A stretch of 37,157 nucleotides of DNA, from NCBI GenBank assembly GCA_044229145.1, contig JBGATO010000035.1, forward strand, positions 1 through 37,157. The letters are read 5' to 3'. Of this stretch, positions 11,235-19,063 are shown piece after piece (position 1 is the first letter of the stretch; the number at the start of each line of letters is the position of its first letter). The translations under genes and the position numbers were made by a program. The notes below the pieces were generated by a model. The model was not told the DNA's origin. It saw only the letters and a program-made list of their open reading frames with translations, and did no database searches. The DNA comes from Candidatus Eiseniibacteriota bacterium. Its GTDB lineage: Bacteria; Eisenbacteria; RBG-16-71-46; CAZEPH01.

Positions 11235-13412
11235 ATGAGCACACCCTCGACCCCCGCCCGTCGCGGCCGCCGAGCCGCCGCACGGCACGACGCCGCATCC
11301 GCCTCCCGTTCCGCCCGCGCTTCCGGATCACAGTGGTGGACGCCCCTCCTCCTCGCACTCGGCGCGGTGCTGCGTCTCGTCTATCTGTCGCAGCTGTCGA
11401 AGACCGCGTTCGGCGGCTACATCTTCGGCGACAGCGCCTACTACATCGAACAGTCGCGACTGGCGTGGCGCGATCTGAACGGCGTGCCGGCCTTCCTCTC
11501 GCCGCTGTATCCGGCGGTGCTCAAAATCTTGGCGACGCTCGACGTGCCGGTGCCGAACGGCATCCGCTTGGTCCAGATGGGCGCCGGTCTGCTCACCGCC
11601 TGGATGCTGGCACGGTTCGCCGCCAAGTGCGTGTCGCCGGCCGCCGGCCGCGTGACACTGGCGCTCGCCGTGCTCTATCCGCCGTTCGTGTTCTTCGAGG
11701 GCGAAATCCTGCCGGCGAGCCTCGCGCTGCTCGCGCAAGCCTGCGCCATGCTGTGGGCGTGGGAGGCGCGCGACGCGTGGGAGACGCACCCGAGACTCGG
11801 GCGCCGCCTCGCCGTGATGGCGGGCGTGGCGGGCGGCATCGCCGCGTTGTTGGCGCCGCCGGTGGTGCTGGTCGCGGTGGCGCTCGCGGCGTGGTGGGCA
11901 TGGGCGGATCGCCGGAGTCCCGCGCGCGCGTGGCACGGTCCGGCGTGGGTGCTTGCCGGTCTCGCGCTCGCGCTCGCCCCGACGACGCTGTCCACCGCGC
12001 TCCGCGCGCGCACGCCGGTGCCGCTGTCGACCAGCGGCGGGATCAACCTGTGGATCGGCAACAACGCCGAGGCCACCGGGACGTTCCACTTGCCCGCGGC
12101 GGATTCCCTGAGCGGCGACACGCGGGCCCTCGAGCAGACGATGACGGCACGAGCGCGGGCCGCGTCGCCGGCCGCCGCGTCGACGGTGTGGACTGGCCGC
12201 GCGCTGGCCTACATGGCGCGTCACCCGCTCGCCACCGCACAACTCACCGGGAAGAAGCTCCTCCTGCTCGCCAATCACGTCGAAGGGCCGAGTCAGGCCG
12301 ACTTCGGGTACGTGCGCGCGCGATGCCCCGCGCTGTTCGTGCCGCTCCCGTACGTCGCTCTGTTCGCGCTCGGGCTCGCCGGTGTGGCGTGGGCGACGTG
12401 GCGCGGGGCGGCGCGTGGGCTCGCCGCGTGGGTCGTGCTCGCCGCTGCGCTCTCGCCGGCGATCGTCTTCGTTACCGCGCGGCACTGTCTGCCGCTGGTG
12501 CCGGTCCTGATCGTCGGCGCGGCGGCGGCGTTGGTCGCGCTGGCCCAGGCGCTCCGCGGCGGCGATCGCGCGCGGCTCGCGCCGCTCGCCGGCACTGCGC
12601 TCGTGCTCGCGGCGATCGGCTTCGTGCCGCTCGGCAGCGCTTCGGCGGATCGCCCGCGCATGCTGGCACTCGAGGCGCTGGGGGAGATGGGGCGCGGCAA
12701 CACTGCCAAGGCGGTCACGCTGTTCGAGGAAGCGCGCGCACTGACGCCGAAGGATCCGGCGATGCTCGCCAACTTGGGTGCCGCCTATCAGCGCAACGGC
12801 GATCTGGCGAAGGCGGTCGCCGTGCTGCGCCAAGCCGCGGCGGACGCTCCCGAGAATCCGGTCATCGCCATGAATCTCGGACGCGTGTATCTGCGGCAAG
12901 CGCTCGCGGATAGTGCCGCGTTGGAGTTCGCACGTGCCGCGGCGCACGGCGGTGGGGCCGAGGCATTGCGGGTGCTCGCCGCCACCGAGCGCCAACGCCA
13001 GAACTGGGCCGGCGCCGCCGCAGCGCTCGAGCGCGTCATCGCCCTCGAACCCAAGGACCTGGCGAGCCGGAGCGATCTCGGCGCGGTCTACTTGCAGGCC
13101 GGGCGCACGCAGGACGCCATCCGCGTGCTGGAAGCGCTCACCACGGCGGGTGTGTTGTTCCCGGACCCGTGGATGAACCTGGCGGCCGCCTATCGTGGCG
13201 TCGGCCGCGTGCCCGACGCGATGCGCGCCTTGGAACGCGCCGCCGCGCTCGCGCCGGCCGATCGCAGCGTCATGCTGTCGTTGGCCACCGCGCGCCGTGC
13301 ACTCGGCGATGCGCCGGGCGCGATCGAGGTGTTGCGCACATACTTGCAACACGTCGGGCGGGACTCGTTGGCGCAAGCGCTCCTGCGGCGCTACCGCGCC
13401 GGCGGCGTGTGA
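11235..13412 (+). CDS. GT-C (PMT/ArnT, GT39-like) membrane glycosyltransferase with C-terminal TPRs
   Basis: TM1 then GDSAYY...SPLYP, multiple TM helices, GINLWIGNN loop, IVFVTARH, TPR repeats (NLGAAYQRNGDLAKA). Start chosen after GAGAGG; alternative ATG at 11214. Confidence 0.78.
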   Translation: MSTPSTPARRGRRAAARHDAASASRSARASGSQWWTPLLLALGAVLRLVYLSQLSKTAFGGYIFGDSAYYIEQSRLAWRDLNGVPAFLSPLYPAVLKILATLDVPVPNGIRLVQMGAGLLTAWMLARFAAKCVSPAAGRVTLALAVLYPPFVFFEGEILPASLALLAQACAMLWAWEARDAWETHPRLGRRLAVMAGVAGGIAALLAPPVVLVAVALAAWWAWADRRSPARAWHGPAWVLAGLALALAPTTLSTALRARTPVPLSTSGGINLWIGNNAEATGTFHLPAADSLSGDTRALEQTMTARARAASPAAASTVWTGRALAYMARHPLATAQLTGKKLLLLANHVEGPSQADFGYVRARCPALFVPLPYVALFALGLAGVAWATWRGAARGLAAWVVLAAALSPAIVFVTARHCLPLVPVLIVGAAAALVALAQALRGGDRARLAPLAGTALVLAAIGFVPLGSASADRPRMLALEALGEMGRGNTAKAVTLFEEARALTPKDPAMLANLGAAYQRNGDLAKAVAVLRQAAADAPENPVIAMNLGRVYLRQALADSAALEFARAAAHGGGAEALRVLAATERQRQNWAGAAAALERVIALEPKDLASRSDLGAVYLQAGRTQDAIRVLEALTTAGVLFPDPWMNLAAAYRGVGRVPDAMRALERAAALAPADRSVMLSLATARRALGDAPGAIEVLRTYLQHVGRDSLAQALLRRYRAGGV

Positions 13413-15379
13413 GCGGACGCCGTCGCCGCGCGGCCGGCGAATCCGCACCGCGGGCCGCGCGCGCGGCGCGGGCGGAGTGGCAGTTCGCGGTCTTGTGGGG
13501 CGCCGCCGCGTTGCTCGTGCGCGCGCTGTACCTGGCGCAGATGCACGCCGGGCCGTTCGCCACCCATCCGCTCATCGACGCCGACACCTACGACCAATGG
13601 GCGCAGGAGATCGCGCGCGGCGCGTGGCTGGGGCGAGAGGCGTTCTGGCAACCGCCGCTGTATCCCTATCTGCTGGGCGTGGTGTATCGCATCGCCGGGC
13701 ACTCGTACTCGGCGGTGTACGGCCTGCAGGCGCTGCTTTCGGCCGGGTCGGTCGCCCTGACGTTCTTGATCGGGTGCCGCACCGTCGGGCGCGCCGCTGC
13801 CCACGGGGGAGCGGCGTTGTTCGCGGTCTACGGCACCGCTTTGGTGTTCGACGGCCTCCTGCTGTCGGCCAGTCTGATCGTCTTCCTGGAATGCGCGTTC
13901 CTGTGGGCGACGCTGCGTGCGCTGGATCACCCCGAAGCGGTGCGCCGTTGGTGCGCGGCGGGCGTGCTGCTCGGCCTGTCGATCTTGGCGCGGCCGGAGA
14001 TCGGGCTCGCCGGCGTGGCGATCGCCGCGTGGATCGCGCTGCGCCGCGGGCGCGCGTGGGTGCCGGGTGTCCGGCGCCGCGCGCTCGGCGTGATGCTCGG
14101 CCTCGCCGCGCTCTGCACGCTGACTGCCACGTGGCACAACTACCGCGCCGAACGCGACTGGGTGCTGGTGTCGTACAACGCCGGCGTGAACTTCTGGATC
14201 GGCAACAACGCGCATGCCGGCGACACGATCGCGGCGCGACCGTTCTTCGAGTGGCGGCGGGTGGCGCGGTTGCCGGCCGCGCAGGGAATTACCCGTGCCT
14301 CGGCCCAATCGGCGTGGTACTTCCGGCAGGCGCTGGGGTGGATCGCGGCGCATCCGGGTGATGCGGCGCTCCAATGGCTCCGACGCGGGGCGCTCGCTCT
14401 GCGCGGACGCGAGGTGATGCGCAACGAAGACCTCTACGCGGCACGTGCATACTCCGGCGTGCTCGCCGCGTTGTTGTGGGTGCGTGGGGTGGCGATTCCC
14501 TTCGGCGTGATCGGCCCGCTGGCGGTGCTTGGGCTGTGGGTCGCGAAGCGCCGCGACGGGCCCGTGTTGTGGATGACGGCGGCGGTGTCCTTGCTGACCT
14601 GCGTGGTGTTCTTCGTCTCGGCGCGTTACCGCCTGCCGGCGATTCCGGTCGTCGTGCTGTGGGCGGGCCAGGCTCTGGCCTGGGCTCGCGAGAGGCAGCG
14701 GGCCGGCGACACGCTGTCGTTCGCGCGGGCAGGGGGCGCGTGGATCGCCCTCGTCACGTTGTGCAATGCCGGACAGGGGCCGGCGACGACGCCGGCCATG
14801 GCGGCCGAGACGCAGCTCTCGCTCGCCACCATCGCCAGCCGCGATGGTGATTTCCCGCGCACGCTAGAACATTGCCGCGCGGCTCGCGCCTTCAAACCCG
14901 ACTATCCGGAAGCCGACTACGAGCAAGCCAACGCCTTCCTCGCGCTGGGGCAGCCCGACAGCGCGGCGGCCTACGCGGCGCGGGCGGCGCGCACGGCGCC
15001 GGACATCGAAGACACGTGGCAATTGCTCGCCGCGGTCGAGCGGCAACGGGCGCGCTATCCCGATGCCGCCGCCGCCGCGCGACAGGCGCTGGCGGTGAAC
15101 CCGACCCTGCCGGATGCCCGCGCGACGCTGGCCGTGGCGCTGGCGCAAACCGGAGACGCGGCCGGCGCCCGGGCGCAGGCCGACACGCTCGCCGACCTGC
15201 CCGGCGTGCCGCCGGAAGCCCTGGCGATGGCGGCCCGCGTCTATTTCGCCGTGGGGGAGGGCGCGCGTGCCCTCGACCTCCTCGACCGGGCGCTCGCCGC
15301 CGGCGGTCCGCCGGACCTGGCCACCCTGCGCGATGCCATGCGGACGCAACTGGAGTCCGCCGAGGCTCAGCCGCGCTGA
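13409..15379 (+). CDS. Second GT-C (PMT/ArnT, GT39-like) membrane glycosyltransferase with C-terminal TPRs
   Basis: IDADTYD...QPPLYPY, GVNFWIGNN, FFVSARYRLP, TPR repeats; GTG start overlapping the upstream TGA. Confidence 0.8.
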   Translation: MSGRRRRAAGESAPRAARAARAEWQFAVLWGAAALLVRALYLAQMHAGPFATHPLIDADTYDQWAQEIARGAWLGREAFWQPPLYPYLLGVVYRIAGHSYSAVYGLQALLSAGSVALTFLIGCRTVGRAAAHGGAALFAVYGTALVFDGLLLSASLIVFLECAFLWATLRALDHPEAVRRWCAAGVLLGLSILARPEIGLAGVAIAAWIALRRGRAWVPGVRRRALGVMLGLAALCTLTATWHNYRAERDWVLVSYNAGVNFWIGNNAHAGDTIAARPFFEWRRVARLPAAQGITRASAQSAWYFRQALGWIAAHPGDAALQWLRRGALALRGREVMRNEDLYAARAYSGVLAALLWVRGVAIPFGVIGPLAVLGLWVAKRRDGPVLWMTAAVSLLTCVVFFVSARYRLPAIPVVVLWAGQALAWARERQRAGDTLSFARAGGAWIALVTLCNAGQGPATTPAMAAETQLSLATIASRDGDFPRTLEHCRAARAFKPDYPEADYEQANAFLALGQPDSAAAYAARAARTAPDIEDTWQLLAAVERQRARYPDAAAAARQALAVNPTLPDARATLAVALAQTGDAAGARAQADTLADLPGVPPEALAMAARVYFAVGEGARALDLLDRALAAGGPPDLATLRDAMRTQLESAEAQPR

Positions 15380-15669
15380 CGCGCATCCCGCGAGAATGCG
15401 GTGCGCGTGCGATTTGCACGTTTTTCGCCGTGCAGGATGTTCTTGACTGCAATGTTTCCGTCCGTCACAGTCGATAACGGAAGAGAAGGCACCTGCGTGT
15501 CAGGCGCAGCACTACCGGACGCTACGCGGCGTCCACACATGATGCACGCGCGGACGAGGCACCAGGATTTCACATCCGTGCGCGCGCACGGCTCGTCAAG
15601 CGGCGTTCCCCCGCCGCTCAACCCCAGGTCAGGGCGGAGTGCCATCCGTCCGCTAATGAGGTGACGTAC

Positions 15670-16029
15670 GTGAACGACCGACCGGTCAAAGGCCTCTCCT
15701 CCCTCACTTTGGCGATCGCCTGCTTGACGATTGTGTCCGGACTCCTGCTCCCGCTCGGACATGTGGCGATAGCGACTCCGCCGCCGCCTCCTCAGATCAG
15801 CGGTGGCGATCCCGATGCTCCCGGATCCAGCAACGCGCCGCACACCGGAGAGCAGTCGGGTGGCTCCAGCACCCTTGCGGTGTGGCCGTCCGGTCCGATG
15901 CCGGGCCAGTCTGCCTCCCAGGGAACCGGAGTCCTTACGCCATTCGGCAGGCACTCGGGACACACCCCGAGGCCAACCACGAAGCAGTTCACCAGTTGGG
16001 CTGGGATCAAGGGCCTGTACGTCCGCTGA
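15670..16029 (+). CDS. Small secreted protein / putative signalling propeptide (119 aa)
   Basis: RBS GAGGTG 6 nt before GTG; charged N-region, hydrophobic core and A-I-A cleavage site; mature part is P/G/S/T-rich with GGDPDAP; lies 55 nt upstream of the bEBP gene. Confidence 0.65.
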   Translation: MNDRPVKGLSSLTLAIACLTIVSGLLLPLGHVAIATPPPPPQISGGDPDAPGSSNAPHTGEQSGGSSTLAVWPSGPMPGQSASQGTGVLTPFGRHSGHTPRPTTKQFTSWAGIKGLYVR

Positions 16030-16084
16030 GTGAGTGGTGCCGAAGGGTTTCACGACTGACGCATAGTCAGGGGGCTGCGACGAC

Positions 16085-18600
16085 ATGATCTTTCACGGGA
16101 ACAACGGGAGTGGGCCCGCCGGCCCCGTCCCGATCCCGCCTGGTGTCAGGCAATGGCACACCCAGCGCGGCAGACCGACGGCCTCGGCCGCCGGCGGCTC
16201 GCAGTTGGCGAAGCGTGTCGAGGACTTGAAGGGACAGCTGGCGAACGCCCTTGCCAGCGGCGCTTCGGCCTCGGACATCGCCGACCTCGAGCTGCAGCTC
16301 GCCGATGCCCTGCGTCGCCTGGGCGACGTCGCATCGGCGCGCGGCATCTGGCGCCGCGCGGGGGACCGCGTCGCTCCGGCCGCTGGCCGCGCGATCGACG
16401 GTCGCCTGGCACTCTTGGCGAGCCGGCTCGCCTGGGACGAGGGGATGTACCCGGAGGCGCTCGCGCACGCGGAAGACGCCTACCGCATCTTCGTCGACGT
16501 TCCGGATGAACTCGGGGTCGCCCACAGCTTCCTAGAGGCAGGCCGCGCGCATTCGCGGCTGCGCAATCTCAAGCAGGCCCGCGACCACTACGAAGACGCG
16601 CGCGCCATCTACAAGCGGCTCGGCGACGTGCCGCACCTGGCCGTCGCGCACAACAACCTCGGCATCATCTACAAGAACGCCGGCAATTGGGTGCAGGCCA
16701 TCGAGCACCTCGACGAGGCGCTGCGACTCGACACGCAAGAGGGCAACCTCTCGGAGTTGCCGTACCGCTATCTCAATCTCGGCATCGTCCACCTCAAGAT
16801 GGGCAGCTGGGACACCGCACGCGATAATCTGGAAGCCGCGCGTGTCGGCGCGGAGAAGACCGGCAACAAGTGGCTGTGGATCAACAGCACGGTCGCGCTC
16901 GGGAATTACCACCGTCTGACGCAAGACAGCGCGCGTGCGGCGGCGCTCTACGAGACGGCGCTCGAGACCGCGGCGTCGCTCGGATTCCCGCGTGAGCTCG
17001 CGCTCGCGCACGAATTCCGCGGCGACCTCCACAACGAGGCCGGGCAGCTCGACGCCGCGCGCGCCGACTACGAGCAGGCGATGGCGATCGCCGAGGAAAT
17101 CGCGCCCGAGGGCGATGTCGCGTCCGAAGTCTCGCGCCGCCTCGCCGACGTGCATCTCCAGGCCGGTGACCTCGACGCCGCGCAGGCATGCGTCGAGCGC
17201 GCGATCGGCATCGCGCGGCCGATGGGCGACCGCTACGAGGAAGGCGCGGCGATGCGTGTGCGTGGCCTCATCCTGGCCGCGCGTGGGCACGCCGTCGACG
17301 CGCTGGACTCGCTGCTCGCCAGCCGTGAGCTCCTCGCCTCGATCAACGAGCGATACGAACTCGGCAAGACGCTTTACGAAACCAGCCGGTTGCTGCGCGA
17401 AACACCAGGGGGCGACGCCGACGAAGCCTGGCGTCTGCTCAAGGAAGCGTCCTTCCACTTCGAGCAGTTGCGCGTCCACGACTGGATCGCCCGCGTCGAC
17501 CGCGAGCTGATGTCGTATCGCCGCTCGATGCAGACCGCGGCGGTCAAGCGTCCGCCGTCCACGCCGGAGCGGTCGCGCCAAGCGGCTGAACGCTTCCGCG
17601 AGAAGGGCATCGTCACCCACAGCCCGCTCATGGTCGACGTGCTGGAGATGGCGGAGAAGGCGGCGAAGAGCCGCTTCTGCATCCTCATCCAGGGCGAGAC
17701 TGGAACGGGGAAGGAACGCCTCGCGCGCGCCATCCACTTGATGGGCGGCAAGAAGCTCGACTCGTTCGTCGCGGTGAACTGCAATAGCCTGCCGGAAGGC
17801 TTGCAGGAGAGCGAACTGTTCGGCCACGCCGCGGGCGCCTACACGGACGCCAAGCGCGAGAAGCCGGGACTCTTCGAGATCGCCGACGGCGGCACGCTGT
17901 TCCTCGACGAAGTCACCGACCTTTCGCCGGCGGCGCAGGGCAAGCTGCTGCGCATCCTCGAAGACGGCGAACTCCGCCGCGTCGGCGATACGAAGTCGCG
18001 CAAGGTCAACGTGCGTATCCTCGCCGCGTGTAACAAGTCGGCGCTGGAGGAGGCCAAGAACGGCCGCTTCCGCAAGGACTTGTTCTACCGGCTCTCGGTG
18101 TTCCCGGTGAACCTGCCGGCGCTCCGCGAGCGGCCCGAGGACATCGCGCCGCTGGTCGAGTACTTCCTGCAGCGCGAGTCGACGCAGGAAAGCAAGACGG
18201 TGAACATGGGAGCGGACGCCCTGCAGGCGCTCGAGGACTACGAGTGTCCCGGCAACGTGCGCGAACTCGAAAACCTGATCTGCCGCTCGTCCTCGCGGAT
18301 CCCGACAGCACGATTCACCGCGACGACCTGCCGCCGGAGATCCTGGTCAAGGTCGCGCCGCGCGGCGGTGACGCCCTTAGTCTGAAGGAGCGAGTCGAAC
18401 TGTTCGAGCGCGAGCAGATCGAGCGCGCTCTGCGGGCGACGGGCGGTGACAAGGACCGCACGGCGGCGAATCTGAACATCACCCGTCGCTGGCTCACCGA
18501 GAAGATGCGCCGGTACAATCTCGATCGCGCGGGAACGATCGTTCCCGAGTTCGAAGGCGGGTTCCCGGACGACGTGCCGCGCACCAGCCTGTACGCGTAG
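16085..18600 (+). CDS. Sigma54-dependent enhancer-binding protein: N-terminal TPR array, AAA+ domain, Fis-type HTH (apparent 1-nt frameshift at ~18285)
   Basis: TPRs ([16 protein letters not shown]), [49 protein letters not shown]. The HTH ([32 protein letters not shown]) continues in another frame to TAG 18600. Confidence 0.9.
18530..18567. promoter_or_regulatory. Putative tandem upstream activator sequence (bEBP binding sites)
   Basis: Perfect 18-bp palindrome CGGGAACGATCGTTCCCG (18530-18547) plus an imperfect copy 20 bp later (TTCGAAGGCGGGTTCCCG, 18550-18567), 130-167 bp upstream of the -24 element. Confidence 0.55.
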
Positions 18601-18636
18601 CGCTGCGCCCGCGTCGCGGGTCTAACTCGAAGCACG

Positions 18637-18672
18637 ACAAGGCCGTGGAGCGAAATGCTCGACGGCCTTGTT
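18637..18672 (+). terminator. Intrinsic terminator-like hairpin after the bEBP gene
   Basis: ACAAGGCCGT-g-GAGC-gaaat-GCTC-g-ACGGCCTTGT-T. Confidence 0.6.
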
Positions 18673-18695
18673 CGTGGCCCCCGGCGGCTTCGGCC

Positions 18696-18711
18696 CGGCA
18701 TGCTGCTTGCC
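18696..18711 (+). promoter_or_regulatory. Sigma54 (-24/-12) promoter
   Basis: CGGCATGctgcTTGCC with exact GG(18697-8)-N10-GC(18709-10) spacing, close to consensus TGGCACG-N4-TTGC; directly downstream of a bEBP gene. Confidence 0.78.
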
Positions 18712-18720
18712 CCTCTCATC

Positions 18721-18893
18721 AGGCGTTCAGGGGGGAGCGGCGGCAGGGGCTGAAGGATAACGGGGGAGATCGGCACCGCCTCACGAACGGGCCTTCTCTT
18801 CCACGAGATCCCTCCCGTACTCCCGATTGTGCCTCTGCCCTCCCCGTCCTTTTGAGCCTCCGGGTGTCAGCGCACCCGGAGGCTTTGTCGTTT
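18721..18893 (+). ncRNA. Putative sigma54-dependent small RNA (~170 nt), family not recognised
   Basis: Starts at the predicted +1 of the -24/-12 promoter. No credible ORF. G-rich 5' half pairs with C/U-rich 3' half (18742-50 with 18831-39; 18760-71 with 18807-18). Ends in a 12-bp terminator. Confidence 0.7.
18855..18893 (+). terminator. Intrinsic terminator
   Basis: AGCCTCCGGGTG-tcagcg-CACCCGGAGGCT perfect 12-bp stem followed by TTGTCGTTT. Confidence 0.85.
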
Positions 18894-18955
18894 CCGTCGC
18901 GCGGGGCTCAGGCACGCGCACCGCGTGCCGATCGTTTCTCCACCCCCGCGTGTCG

Positions 18956-18985
18956 TTGACCGTGGCGCCGCGCACACCGTAGGAT
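18956..18985 (+). promoter_or_regulatory. Putative sigma70 promoter for aroF
   Basis: TTGACC (18956-61), 18 nt, TAGGAT (18980-85). Confidence 0.5.
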
Positions 18986-19063
18986 GACGCTTAGGGTCTT
19001 CCACGCCCTATGCCCGTGGCTCAGGACGAGCCAGGCCCATCGCTCACCGAGGGAGCAGGCACG

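Noticed and set aside
15414..15430. Minus-strand GG-N10-GC (CGGCGAAAAACGTGCA) as a sigma54 promoter
   Set aside because: Poor match outside the dinucleotides and would only fire antisense into the glycosyltransferase
15367..16086. 239-aa minus-strand ORF across the accessory spacer
   Set aside because: Arg/Gly-rich with no domain; the + strand ORF has an RBS and a signal peptide
18645..18959. 104-aa ORF over the putative sRNA
   Set aside because: Starts inside a terminator hairpin, has no RBS, crosses a second terminator and is not protein-like
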